64,000 nucleotides of DNA. Origin: an uncultured Desulfosarcina sp. GTDB taxonomy: Bacteria > Desulfobacterota > Desulfobacteria > Desulfobacterales > Desulfosarcinaceae. Positions 1 through 9,808 of the stretch are shown here, in pieces. Numbering within the stretch: the first letter of the stretch is position 1; every line of letters starts with the position of its first letter. Under the pieces are notes generated by a model that saw nothing but the letters and a program-made list of their open reading frames with translations, had not been told where the DNA came from and searched no databases. The stretch covers positions 1,536,001 to 1,600,000 of the forward strand of contig CAXXWQ010000004.1 in assembly GCA_963674945.2 (NCBI GenBank), written 5' to 3'. A program made the position numbers and the translations under genes.

Positions 1-114
1 GCAAACGACCGGAACCTGACGATTGAAATGACAAACAGGACCCGTGGTAAGCGTTCTATCGGAACAGCGTAATGGATTTAACGATTGCGAGGGTATTGTT
101 ACCAAAGGCGTGAA

Positions 115-723
115 ATGAATCTCCCAAAGAGGCTACAACGATACATTATAGAATCTCAAACCTATTCGTTCAAAAAAGCGCCGGCTTATGTAAAAGTCAT
201 GGCCTTTCTATATAAATTAGTAGGAAGGAAGTTTCTGGCAAAATTATTTGTTACTTCCGACAGCTGTATCGGATGCAAGCAATGTTTAACAATGTGTCCG
301 AATCAGGCGATAGATTTTCGATTCCATAACCCGCGGAGAAACAGTAAATGCAAAGGCTGCCTGTTGTGTGTTTATCTTTGTCCGAATCAGGCGATAATAT
401 TACCTCTGAGTACTCTTATCGGTGGTTTTTTATTACTTTTTCTACCTTATGATGCGTTTATCAAAGAATTATTTTCCCTTCAGTTTTCATCCTTATCGAT
501 GTTTTTGGACACGCTGCTATCTCTGCTCCTATGGTCTGTCGGCTATATCGTGTGTATATTTATATTTGGTAAAATCTCTTTTTTATTCAGTACATTGCCC
601 ATTGTGAAAAAGGTAAGGAGAAACCAATATGTCGCACAAATTTACCGCAAGATACATCCAATCAACGTGTTCCCTGTCATTTTGCCGAAAAATAATAACA
701 ACTTGAATATGCCGAAGGTTTGA
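115..723 (+). CDS. 2x[4Fe-4S] dicluster ferredoxin-like protein with C-terminal membrane helices
   Basis: Two CxxCxxCxxxCP motifs (CIGCKQCLTMCP, CKGCLLCVYLCP), then two hydrophobic segments. ATG at 115 preferred over TTG at 85. Confidence 0.75.
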   Translation: MNLPKRLQRYIIESQTYSFKKAPAYVKVMAFLYKLVGRKFLAKLFVTSDSCIGCKQCLTMCPNQAIDFRFHNPRRNSKCKGCLLCVYLCPNQAIILPLSTLIGGFLLLFLPYDAFIKELFSLQFSSLSMFLDTLLSLLLWSVGYIVCIFIFGKISFLFSTLPIVKKVRRNQYVAQIYRKIHPINVFPVILPKNNNNLNMPKV

Positions 724-823
724 CCATATGGTCTTTGAACGGGGCACGATCAGATGGCACTCAAAAGCCGATACAGAAAAATATACGAATCAGAGAAGCC
801 CCCTTGGGATTTCGCAGAGCCAT

Positions 824-1939
824 TCAAACAAACTTCTCCTTCCACGCCTTGGTCTTCTCCTTCGGCCACGCAATACAATATGCGGGACGTCCCTTCATTA
901 CCATCTCCATGCAGCCGTTGCAATCGGGTTTGCAATGGACGATGTCCGCATCCCGACCATCCTGGACCTTTTTCGGCCAATCCGGGTCGGCCCACAGGAC
1001 ACGCGCCAGGCCGATGAGATCGGTCTTTTTGTCGGCGATGGCTTTGTCGGCGAAGGCGCCGGTGGCCAGACGGCCCGCGGCGATGACAGGCACGTCCACC
1101 TCGGCGCGGACGGCAGCCGCCAGATCGAGCATATACCCCTCCTGCCTGGATGCCTCCACGACTTCCGGTAGAAAGAAGGATTCGTAGGTGCCACCCATGA
1201 CGGAGATGTAGGCGATCCCCTTTTTGGCCAGGCTGCGGGCAAACTGTCGCGATTCTTCCAGCTGCAAACCGTCGGGAAGCCATTCATCGGCGAGAAACCG
1301 GTATCCCACCGGGAACGTGCCTACCCTCGCCTTTACACGTTCCAATACCGCCAGGGCGAACCGCTGGCGATTGTCCAGATGGCCTCCGTAATCATCGGAA
1401 CGCAGGTTGGTGCGTGGTGAGAGAAACTGGGCCAGCAGATAACCGGTGCCGCCGTGCAGTTCCACCATGTCGAATCCCGCACGTCTCACCCTTTCCGCCG
1501 CATCGGCATATTGATCGATGATGGCATCGATTTCGTCCTTTTCCAGGGCGCGGGGCATCCGCCCGAAGGTATCCACCGCAGACGGCGCCACCTTGTTTTC
1601 GGTTGCCTGGGCGAAGCGGCCGGCATGATTGATCTGAATGCAGGCCAGAGCGCCTTCCCCCTTGATTGTCTCGGCGAGACGTTTCAACCCATCGAGGTTG
1701 TCATCGATATCCGCCCGGAGGGTCCGGTTGGATCCACTGCCCGTTGGATGATCAACCGTAGAATTTTCGACCACCACCATGGCGATGCCGCTTTTGGCCA
1801 TGAGCCGGTAGTGATCTATCATCATATCGCTGACCGTCCCCCCTTCCCCGGCGTACCCGAGGTAGAGGGGAGCCATGGTCAGGCGATTTTTCAAAGTAAG
1901 ATTTTGTATGGAAATCGTTGAAAAAAGATTCTCGTACAT
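824..1939 (-). CDS. NADH:flavin oxidoreductase, Old Yellow Enzyme family
   Basis: LKNRLTMAP, QINHAGR, GFDMVELHGGTGYLLAQFLSP, NLRSDDYGG and LIGLAR motifs; C-terminal Cys cluster; GGAGG RBS before ATG 1939. Confidence 0.92.
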   Translation of the reverse strand: MYENLFSTISIQNLTLKNRLTMAPLYLGYAGEGGTVSDMMIDHYRLMAKSGIAMVVVENSTVDHPTGSGSNRTLRADIDDNLDGLKRLAETIKGEGALACIQINHAGRFAQATENKVAPSAVDTFGRMPRALEKDEIDAIIDQYADAAERVRRAGFDMVELHGGTGYLLAQFLSPRTNLRSDDYGGHLDNRQRFALAVLERVKARVGTFPVGYRFLADEWLPDGLQLEESRQFARSLAKKGIAYISVMGGTYESFFLPEVVEASRQEGYMLDLAAAVRAEVDVPVIAAGRLATGAFADKAIADKKTDLIGLARVLWADPDWPKKVQDGRDADIVHCKPDCNGCMEMVMKGRPAYCIAWPKEKTKAWKEKFV

Positions 1940-2155
1940 ATCGGCACCTCCTATAAACTTTTTCGCATCTGTCTGGCTGGTCCATTCTAACCATATCCGA
2001 CACAAATGACCGGTGCAACAGGATTGTGCCGGGACAGTGCCCTTTGCCGAGCATCCCTGTCGACAACGAATGGATGTTTATTGGTAAAAACCGGAAAAAG
2101 TTCATGATTTTGAAAAAATGCAAGAATGCTGAAAGGGGCGATTGATATCTCGCGA

Positions 2156-2563
2156 TTATAAATACCCAATGATTTCGCCGGAAAGATAGCCGCTCGGATC
2201 ATCTACATGGATCGTTAATCCTTTTGCCGAAAATCGGATGTGCATGTCGAAATGGTTTACGCCGCCCACCTCCCTGTAGTGGATAAGGAGGCGGTCTTGA
2301 TCAATGAAGCACCCTCCCATGGCGGTCGGCAAACCAGAGGGGCCAGTATCGGTAAGCCGCAAATCTTCTTCTCGACCAACATTCAACAAATAGGCATTCT
2401 CTTTTATCGACACCCTCACCGTAAAATACTCAGGAGCGTCGAAGTGAAATGATATCGCCGTCAACCCCATTCGGTTGGAAGAGAGGCGATACACCTTGCC
2501 GGAACGGTTGCGCATGGTTTGCGGCAGTATGGGGGGCACAGGAGATTTTTCCACCACAGGCGG
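2156..2563 (-). pseudogene. In-frame C-terminal continuation of the serine hydrolase after an amber stop
   Basis: Same reading frame as 2564..3700; reads SAS*PPVVEKSPVPPILP...SGKVYRLSSNRMGL across TAG at 2566-2564. Confidence 0.6.
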
Positions 2564-3700
2564 CTAGGAGGCCGATCGGACCCGATTGGATAGTCTCCCG
2601 TAGGCGGATCTGTTTTCTGGCAGGGCCGCCTTTGACGCAAAAGACTTCATTAAAAGATGGGAGAAAGAATCGATATGCGCACCGTTTGCCGTAAGCACGA
2701 GGACCAGGTCATGTTGGGGCCAGACCAGAATCTCCTGACCGCCCCGCCCCCGCGCACCGAACATGCCATCGTATGGATTTGGAAATATCCACCAGCCATA
2801 CCCGTATCCTTCCGGTCGATTGTCCACATCGATCTGTTTCGTCGTCGCCACATTGACCCAGGTGGTTGAGAGAATCCGTTGTCCATCCCACTGGCCATGC
2901 CTCAAATAGAGGTACCCGATCCTGGCCATGTCGGCAGGATGCATTCGCAGGTCTCCGCCACCAAGATTCACTCCCTGGGGGTCGGCCGGCCAGACAACAT
3001 CCTCAATGCCGAGTGGCGAGAACAGAAAACGCTCTGCAAAATCGAGTGCAGGCATCCCTGTGGCTCGTCCCACAATGGCCGACAGCAGGTGCATGCCGTT
3101 GCTGCAGTAGGAAAACGCGGTCCCGGGCCTCACCGCCATGGGCATTTGCAATGCAAAGGCCACCCAATCGGGACTTTCTATCATCTCGAACAGCTCTTTT
3201 TCACCCGGCACGTAACCACACGCAAACCCAGAAGTCATGGTCAATAAATGGTGAATCGTAATGGACGCCGTACTTTTCGACCTGTTCTCGTATTCAGGGA
3301 AAAAATCCACGATCGGCTCTTTCAGGTCTTCTATGAATCCATTTTCATGGGCCAACCCGATCAGGGAAGCGGTAATGCTCTTGGTCACCGAAGCGACATC
3401 GTGCAGCATGCCCTTATGGTAAGGATAAAAATAGGCATCCAGCACCACATACCCGTTTTTTATGATCATGAGGCTGTCGACGGGTAATTTCTCCTTCATG
3501 ATGAACGCAACCACTTCACTCAATACATCGGAATCCATGCCCTGCTGTTCCGGCGTAGATGTTCGCCAATCAGCAGTTGGCCAGTATGCAAGGTCTTTTG
3601 GTGGGGTCGTTACCGGTGGGATGGCGCAGGCAGCCAGATGGAAAAAACAAAGTACAATTTGCATCAGGAAAACAGGACGAGCCATTGATTTTCCCTTCAT
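2564..3700 (-). CDS. Serine hydrolase, beta-lactamase class C/AmpC-like family, probable lipoprotein (N-terminal part, ends at TAG)
   Basis: SxxK (SVTK), ITIHHLLTMTSG, PGTAFSY, YGYGWW and GxGGQ motifs; lipobox-like LAAC. Confidence 0.88.
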   Translation of the reverse strand: MKGKSMARPVFLMQIVLCFFHLAACAIPPVTTPPKDLAYWPTADWRTSTPEQQGMDSDVLSEVVAFIMKEKLPVDSLMIIKNGYVVLDAYFYPYHKGMLHDVASVTKSITASLIGLAHENGFIEDLKEPIVDFFPEYENRSKSTASITIHHLLTMTSGFACGYVPGEKELFEMIESPDWVAFALQMPMAVRPGTAFSYCSNGMHLLSAIVGRATGMPALDFAERFLFSPLGIEDVVWPADPQGVNLGGGDLRMHPADMARIGYLYLRHGQWDGQRILSTTWVNVATTKQIDVDNRPEGYGYGWWIFPNPYDGMFGARGRGGQEILVWPQHDLVLVLTANGAHIDSFSHLLMKSFASKAALPENRSAYGRLSNRVRSAS

Positions 3701-3770
3701 CGGTTTGCGAAGCCGGATCGGAATCCATGCGTTGTCAGCCGGAATCCCAAACCTGGAAAAAAATTCACGA

Positions 3771-6233
3771 TCAACTGGATTCGCTGCGCCCCCCTTTGGG
3801 CAGACGAATCACGAAACAGCTTCCACCGTCTTTGGCGACCTGCACGCTCATCTGCCCCCCGTGATTCTCCGTGACGATGAAGTAGGAGACGGACAGTCCC
3901 AGGCCCGTTCCCATGCCCACAGGCTTTGTGGTAAAGAAGGGTTCGAAGATACGCCGTCGGATTCTTTCTTCCATGCCCGGCCCATTGTCCTCGATCTCCG
4001 CCCGAACCCATGCGCCATCATCTTTGACCCGCAGGATAAACACCGGCGGACAGGGTGGTTTTGCCATTTCGGTCATGGCCTCGGCACCGTTTTTTAAAAT
4101 ATTCATGAAGACCTGCTGTATTTTGCTCGATTCGCACGGGACGGGCGGTGCCGATGGGTCGTACTCCCGAATCAGTTCGATCTTCTTGAAGTCATACCGT
4201 TTCTTCATGTCGTAATCGGTCCTGAGCAGTTCGATGGTCCGATCCAGCAGGGTCCCGAGGTCATTGGAGGAAGTGACTTTGTCGCTTTTACGGGCAAAAC
4301 TGAGCATGTTCTTGACGATGGCGGCAGCCATGCTGCCCGAAGTCCGAATATTCTCGATCATGTCTGGCAGTTTGCGCAACGCCAGGTAACGCCGAATGGC
4401 CGCCATTGTCGTTCCGGCGGCTTCGGCGGCCTTGTGATTGGCAGGCAGTTCACCGGTCAATCGGCTTTCCAGCACCGATGCGTTTTGCAGGATACCTGCC
4501 AGGGGATTGTTGATTTCATGGGCCATGCCCGCGGCCAGACCGCCCACGGAAAGCATCTTTTCACCCTGAATCATCATCTCTTCCATGCGTACTTGTTGGG
4601 TCTCATCGTCCACCCGGATCACGGCTTCCGCAACGCCATTGCCAACCAGAGGAAAGATGGTGATATCTTCAAAGCGAGTCTCCTGATCTACCTTGCGGGC
4701 AACTTTGGGCAGACTGATCACCCGGCGCTCCCGGATGGAAAATTCGATGCTCTCCATTATATCGCCCAGGCGAGGGAAGACCTCGCGCAAAAGCCGAGAT
4801 CTGGCATCCGAAACACTTATTCCGGTTGTTTTCACTGTCTGTTGATTCCATAGGGTCACCCTGCCCTTTCGGTCCACGGCCACCAGTATGGATGGCATGG
4901 AATCAATGATATTGGCAAGATAGTTACGCAGCCTGCGCAGTTCCACTTCATCTCTCTTCTGCTGCGTAATATCGCTAACGACGCCAACAATACCGACAAT
5001 TTTTCCATCTGCATCTTTGAGGGGTGAAAAACTGTCCCGGCACCACACATCAGGATTTTTAGGCAATTCGATATGTACTTCCGTATCTCCTGCCGTTTCG
5101 CCGTTCATCGCTCTCTTCATATTCTCTTCAATGGATGTATTCTTAAGGGATGGAAATACATCCCATGGTCGTTTACCGAGGACTTCTTTCCTTGGCGTAT
5201 TGGAAAAATCCTCCATGCTTTTATTGAAAATAGAATAGGTGAAATCACTATCGACCACGATCACCCCTTCATCCATGGATTCCAGAATATTCGTCAGCAA
5301 CTGCTCATTTTCCCTTAACGCCTCTTCCGCCATCTTTCGCGCTGTGATGTCCGTATGGGTTCCGATAAAACGTTTCGGCTTCTCTCTGTCGTCCCGAGAA
5401 ACGACTTTACCTTTGGACTGAATCCACATATAGCTACCGTCTTTACGCAAAAATCTGAACTCCACTTCAAAACCATTCAGATCTCCGGCAAGCATATTTT
5501 TCAACTCTGCTTCCAGTTGATTAAAATCGACTTTGTGAATACGTTTTACGACCTCGTCATTTTCTTGTGGAAATTCATAGGGGTGGTAACCGGCCATGGT
5601 GTAAAAACGAGAATCAAGGTAAAGCGAATTTTTATCAATTTTCCAGTCATAGATACCTTCATTCGCACCCGACAGGGCCAAGTCCAGGCGTTCTTCGCTC
5701 TCCTTTAGTTTCCTTTCAATACGTTTTCGTTCGGCAATTTCATCTCGCAATTTCCAATTGATCGCCTCAAGCTCCGAGGTCCGCTGTTTTACACGCTCCT
5801 CGAGTTCATCGTTCAATTGCTGAATCTCTTTTTGAACCCGCCTGCTTGTTAATTGCGTCTGGACACGCGCTAATATTTCATCCGGATGAAAAGGCTTGGT
5901 TATAAAATCGACACCACCGGCATTAAATGCCTTTACTTTTTCCTCTGTTTCGTTAAGGGCGCTTATGAAAATCACAGGGATGTTCCGCGTCTTCTCATGT
6001 GATTTAAGAATCCGGCATAGTTCGAATCCATCCATCCCCGGCATGCGAATATCGAGAAGAATAAGATCGGGCAGAAGCCTCTCAATAATCTCAAGTGCCT
6101 CACCGCTGCTGGTAACCGGCCGAATATTGTAGCCGTCATTTTGAAGAATCGACGATATCATCCTCAGATTATCGGGATTGTCGTCAACAATAACGATATT
6201 GCTCGTGTCTGTATACTGAATTGCAGGCGTCAT
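3771..6233 (-). CDS. Hybrid sensor histidine kinase (REC-PAS-PAS-PAS-HisKA-HATPase)
   Basis: N-terminal receiver ([16 protein letters not shown]), three PAS/PAC repeats, AHEINNPL H-box, [19 protein letters not shown]. Confidence 0.93.
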   Translation of the reverse strand: MTPAIQYTDTSNIVIVDDNPDNLRMISSILQNDGYNIRPVTSSGEALEIIERLLPDLILLDIRMPGMDGFELCRILKSHEKTRNIPVIFISALNETEEKVKAFNAGGVDFITKPFHPDEILARVQTQLTSRRVQKEIQQLNDELEERVKQRTSELEAINWKLRDEIAERKRIERKLKESEERLDLALSGANEGIYDWKIDKNSLYLDSRFYTMAGYHPYEFPQENDEVVKRIHKVDFNQLEAELKNMLAGDLNGFEVEFRFLRKDGSYMWIQSKGKVVSRDDREKPKRFIGTHTDITARKMAEEALRENEQLLTNILESMDEGVIVVDSDFTYSIFNKSMEDFSNTPRKEVLGKRPWDVFPSLKNTSIEENMKRAMNGETAGDTEVHIELPKNPDVWCRDSFSPLKDADGKIVGIVGVVSDITQQKRDEVELRRLRNYLANIIDSMPSILVAVDRKGRVTLWNQQTVKTTGISVSDARSRLLREVFPRLGDIMESIEFSIRERRVISLPKVARKVDQETRFEDITIFPLVGNGVAEAVIRVDDETQQVRMEEMMIQGEKMLSVGGLAAGMAHEINNPLAGILQNASVLESRLTGELPANHKAAEAAGTTMAAIRRYLALRKLPDMIENIRTSGSMAAAIVKNMLSFARKSDKVTSSNDLGTLLDRTIELLRTDYDMKKRYDFKKIELIREYDPSAPPVPCESSKIQQVFMNILKNGAEAMTEMAKPPCPPVFILRVKDDGAWVRAEIEDNGPGMEERIRRRIFEPFFTTKPVGMGTGLGLSVSYFIVTENHGGQMSVQVAKDGGSCFVIRLPKGGRSESS

Positions 6234-8278
6234 GTCTGCTGTTTGTTTATCGTGTTGATGATCTGTTTATAATTAAAGTCATCGGCAAGGCGATGCAGCC
6301 GCTTTGAAAGAGAGGGATTAAATTCGGCAACCTGTGCGATCAATTCATTCAGCCGACCAATATCTGCGTGATCCGCCGCTCCAACCAGTTCGTTTTTAAG
6401 ATCCTCTGGAAGTCCATCCAATCCGAAATCTCCCTCTTTGAATGTGGCATTGCTGTGTACCAACGGTTCGGCAGGATATTTCGCCTTCCTGAAAGGAAGG
6501 TATTTTATCATTGCTTTTATCAACTCTTTTTTTCTCACCGGCTTTCTCAGATAATCGATGCAGATCTTTCGGATCGCTTCTTCATCCTGGGCCAGGGCCG
6601 AAGCGGTTACGGCAATCACCGGAATATCCTTCGTCGTAGCATCCTTGTTAAGCTTCTCGGCGACTTCATAGCCGTCCATCACCGGCATTTTCATATCCAG
6701 CAGGATCAAGTCGGGTATATTGCTTTTTGCAAGCACCAGCACCTCTCTTCCCTCTTTGGCTTCCAAAACCTCAAAGTCCCATTCATTCAGAAACCCCCGA
6801 AGCAGGTCACGGTTGTATTCGATATCATCAACAATCAAGATGGCTGCTTTTTCAAAAACGATTCCCGTTAGATCGAAAGTTTCCTCATTCGTCCATGCTG
6901 TCTCATCTAAAACGGCCTTTTCAACATCTTCGATTACAACAGTAAACACGCTGCCTTCGTTCTCCCTGCTTTCTACCGTGATGCGCCCGTTCATGGCTTC
7001 CACCAGCCGTTTGCTGATGGTCAAACCAAGACCTGTGCCTTCGGTGGTTCTTGCCGAAGCAACAACTGGTTGTTCGAATGCCTTGAAGATGGTCTCCAGC
7101 ATGTCCTCGGGAATACCGATCCCGGTATCGGCCACTGAAAAAATAAAATTGTAGGTATTGACTCCATCGGTATTCGTGGGTTCCATCCGGGCGAACACCG
7201 TAATGGAGCCTGTTTCGGTAAATTTGACGGCGTTTCCCAACAGGTTGAGCAGAACCTGTCGCAATCGCGCCTCATCCAGCAAAATGTCTTCCTGGAGACT
7301 GTTATCCAAACTCAAATCCAGGTTGAGACCCTTTTCCGAAAGTCGATACTCGAAAACACCGCAAATTTCCCTGAACAATCGTTCGGGATTCACTGCCGTC
7401 TGCCGGATCTGCAACTTTCCGGCTTCGATCTTGGAAAGGTCCAGGATGTCGTTGATGAGGGCCAGCAAACTCTCTCCGGCCGTCTGGATACGCTCGAGGT
7501 AACGCTTGTGCTTTGCATCTGAAATCAATCTGGTCAGGATATCGGAAAACCCGATGATGGCATTCATCGGCGTTCTCAACTCGTGGCTCATGTTGGCCAG
7601 GAACTGACTCTTCGCCTGGTTGGCCGCTTCTGCAGCTACTTTGGCGCTCACCAAGGCTTCTTCGATTCTTTTTCGCACCTCGATCTCTTCCCGAAGCTCT
7701 TTGGTCCTCGTCTCAACGGTTTGTTCGAGTTCGTCTCGATGCCGTTCAAGCTCATGCAGATATTCTTTTTCCGTTGTGATGTCCTCCATGGTGGACCACT
7801 GGCCGATAAGATGGTCATCTTGAATTTGTGCATAGGAATTAAACCTTCGCCAGGTAGTACTGCCGTCGCGGTCTGTTCTTGGAACTACAAAATTGATAAC
7901 GGTCCATTTTTGCGATGCGGCATACTCGAAATAATCTTTCACTTTTTCATAGGCCATGGGATCATATGCGGTGGAATCTAATCCGACAGGCATTTTTATT
8001 TCAGAAAGGGCTTTCAGCTGATCTCTTCGGTAAATGTCATTCATTTCAAGATAGCGTGATTCGAAGTAGAATCGCTTTGCCTGTTCTTCGATGGGAAGTG
8101 ATAAGGAAAGAGGCGGTTTGAACTCCAGGTAGTAGATACCGGCAGGACTCAAATCCATATACGCTTTGTATCGTGACAGCTTTTTGGTCAGCTTTCGGGA
8201 ATGCAGCAAACACGATCCTGCAAATATCATCGTTCCTGTGGCGAAAAGGAGGGCTACATAGAAAAATATTTCGGGCAT
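6230..8278 (-). CDS. Membrane-anchored hybrid histidine kinase (TM-sensor-HisKA-HATPase-REC)
   Basis: [31 protein letters not shown], receiver [11 protein letters not shown]; 4-bp overlap with the downstream kinase. Confidence 0.93.
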   Translation of the reverse strand: MPEIFFYVALLFATGTMIFAGSCLLHSRKLTKKLSRYKAYMDLSPAGIYYLEFKPPLSLSLPIEEQAKRFYFESRYLEMNDIYRRDQLKALSEIKMPVGLDSTAYDPMAYEKVKDYFEYAASQKWTVINFVVPRTDRDGSTTWRRFNSYAQIQDDHLIGQWSTMEDITTEKEYLHELERHRDELEQTVETRTKELREEIEVRKRIEEALVSAKVAAEAANQAKSQFLANMSHELRTPMNAIIGFSDILTRLISDAKHKRYLERIQTAGESLLALINDILDLSKIEAGKLQIRQTAVNPERLFREICGVFEYRLSEKGLNLDLSLDNSLQEDILLDEARLRQVLLNLLGNAVKFTETGSITVFARMEPTNTDGVNTYNFIFSVADTGIGIPEDMLETIFKAFEQPVVASARTTEGTGLGLTISKRLVEAMNGRITVESRENEGSVFTVVIEDVEKAVLDETAWTNEETFDLTGIVFEKAAILIVDDIEYNRDLLRGFLNEWDFEVLEAKEGREVLVLAKSNIPDLILLDMKMPVMDGYEVAEKLNKDATTKDIPVIAVTASALAQDEEAIRKICIDYLRKPVRKKELIKAMIKYLPFRKAKYPAEPLVHSNATFKEGDFGLDGLPEDLKNELVGAADHADIGRLNELIAQVAEFNPSLSKRLHRLADDFNYKQIINTINKQQT

Positions 8279-8869
8279 ATCCGATCCTTGAAGGCTGGAA
8301 GAGTAAGGGCCGACAATTGCGAAACGAGTTATCTTTTGAAATTTATATCAAAAGCATCTTCAATCCGATCCGGATCATGATCGAAGAAAATAAAGTATAC
8401 CATGAATCATATATTCCAGAAAGCCGAAGTCCGCAAACGAAGAAACGCTTCCTGCACACCCAAAACACATTGATATTCATTGGTATATCCGCAAGCTTTA
8501 TCGTTCTCCCGTTTTTTACTTTTCGAAATTTGTAGTTTTCTTCGTCCATAGACAACCGATTGCGGAAACAGGATGGTCTTTTTCTCCGATTGTTCCCTGA
8601 ACTACGCCGTGTTTGCGATCTATTCCCGACTTACGTCAATTGGGTAGAGATAGAAGCTGCAAAGCAAAATAGATTCTCAACCGCAAAGAAATTCACCCGA
8701 GAACTTATTGCCATATTTTGTGCTGGAAGAGGGAAAACAACATAGATACGGCGGCAGAAAAGATAAATCGTGCCCTGGTGAGACCACTGCTTCATGACGG
8801 ATGAAGATCGAATCTGATAAAACCGGCAATTCGATTATATAGCGTTTTGCCTGCTACCACGTTTCGATG

Positions 8870-9748
8870 TCAGTTACGCTGGAAAGGAACGGCCAGCACG
8901 GGCACCGGTGCGTGGCGCAACACCAGTTCTGTAGTCCGGCCCATCACCCGTTCCTGTTCAAAGGGTTTGTGATGGGCACCGATGACGACCATATCGCAGT
9001 TTTGGGCTTTGACCAGACTGACGATTTGCTCGGCCGCCGGGCCCGTTTGGGTGATGACATCGATGTTTTGGGTATCTCCCAATATATCTTGCATCCACTC
9101 CGACAGGTCATTTTCCGCTACTGCCTCGGATTCCATAATATGTACGATGGTCAGCCGGGCTTTATATCTTTGGGCCAAGTCGGCGGCCACCTGCAGAGCC
9201 CTGGCCGCGGTGACAGTTCGGTTACAGGGGCAGAGGATATGGTCGATAGCCGGCCGGCTTTGCGGTTGGCTGGTATCGATGAAATCATCTATCTTTTGAC
9301 GCACGACGAACACGGGCAGCTGACACTGATGGATCACACTCTCGGTGACCGAGCCCAGCATCCAATGTTTAAAGCCGCTGTATCCATGGGTGCCCATCAC
9401 CACCAGGTCAAAGGCGTTGTCGGCAAGAGCCTGCATCACCGCCTCTGCCGGCGGTGAATCAGTGATTTCAAATCCCACATCACCGATTTCTCCCAATACA
9501 CTGCGTACGTGGGTCTCAACATCCTTTGCGACAGTCTGTTTGGCATTGTCCAGTTCCGCCAAAACACGGTCGGTTAAATCCCTGGACAGATAGCGAGGAA
9601 CCTCAAAGTGGATGGCGTGCAATACGGTCAAGTCAGCGTCGAAAACGCTCGCACCCACATGAGCGTATTTTAGGGCCAAATCGGAAAGTTCGCTCATATC
9701 CATAGGACAGAGAATTCGTCTGGGATGGAAATCTAATTGACTTGCCAT
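8870..9748 (-). CDS. Tandem-domain universal stress protein
   Basis: Two Usp repeats with DLVVMGTHG...GSVTE and DMVVIGAH...GRTTE motifs. Confidence 0.9.
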   Translation of the reverse strand: MASQLDFHPRRILCPMDMSELSDLALKYAHVGASVFDADLTVLHAIHFEVPRYLSRDLTDRVLAELDNAKQTVAKDVETHVRSVLGEIGDVGFEITDSPPAEAVMQALADNAFDLVVMGTHGYSGFKHWMLGSVTESVIHQCQLPVFVVRQKIDDFIDTSQPQSRPAIDHILCPCNRTVTAARALQVAADLAQRYKARLTIVHIMESEAVAENDLSEWMQDILGDTQNIDVITQTGPAAEQIVSLVKAQNCDMVVIGAHHKPFEQERVMGRTTELVLRHAPVPVLAVPFQRN

Positions 9749-9808
9749 TACTTTTCTCTCCTCGTGGTGGATGAAAACGAAAAAGTTACTGCAACCACAT
9801 AGACCAAC

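Noticed and set aside
8343..8555. 70-aa ORF upstream of the kinases
   Set aside because: No clear RBS or motif; probably promoter DNA.
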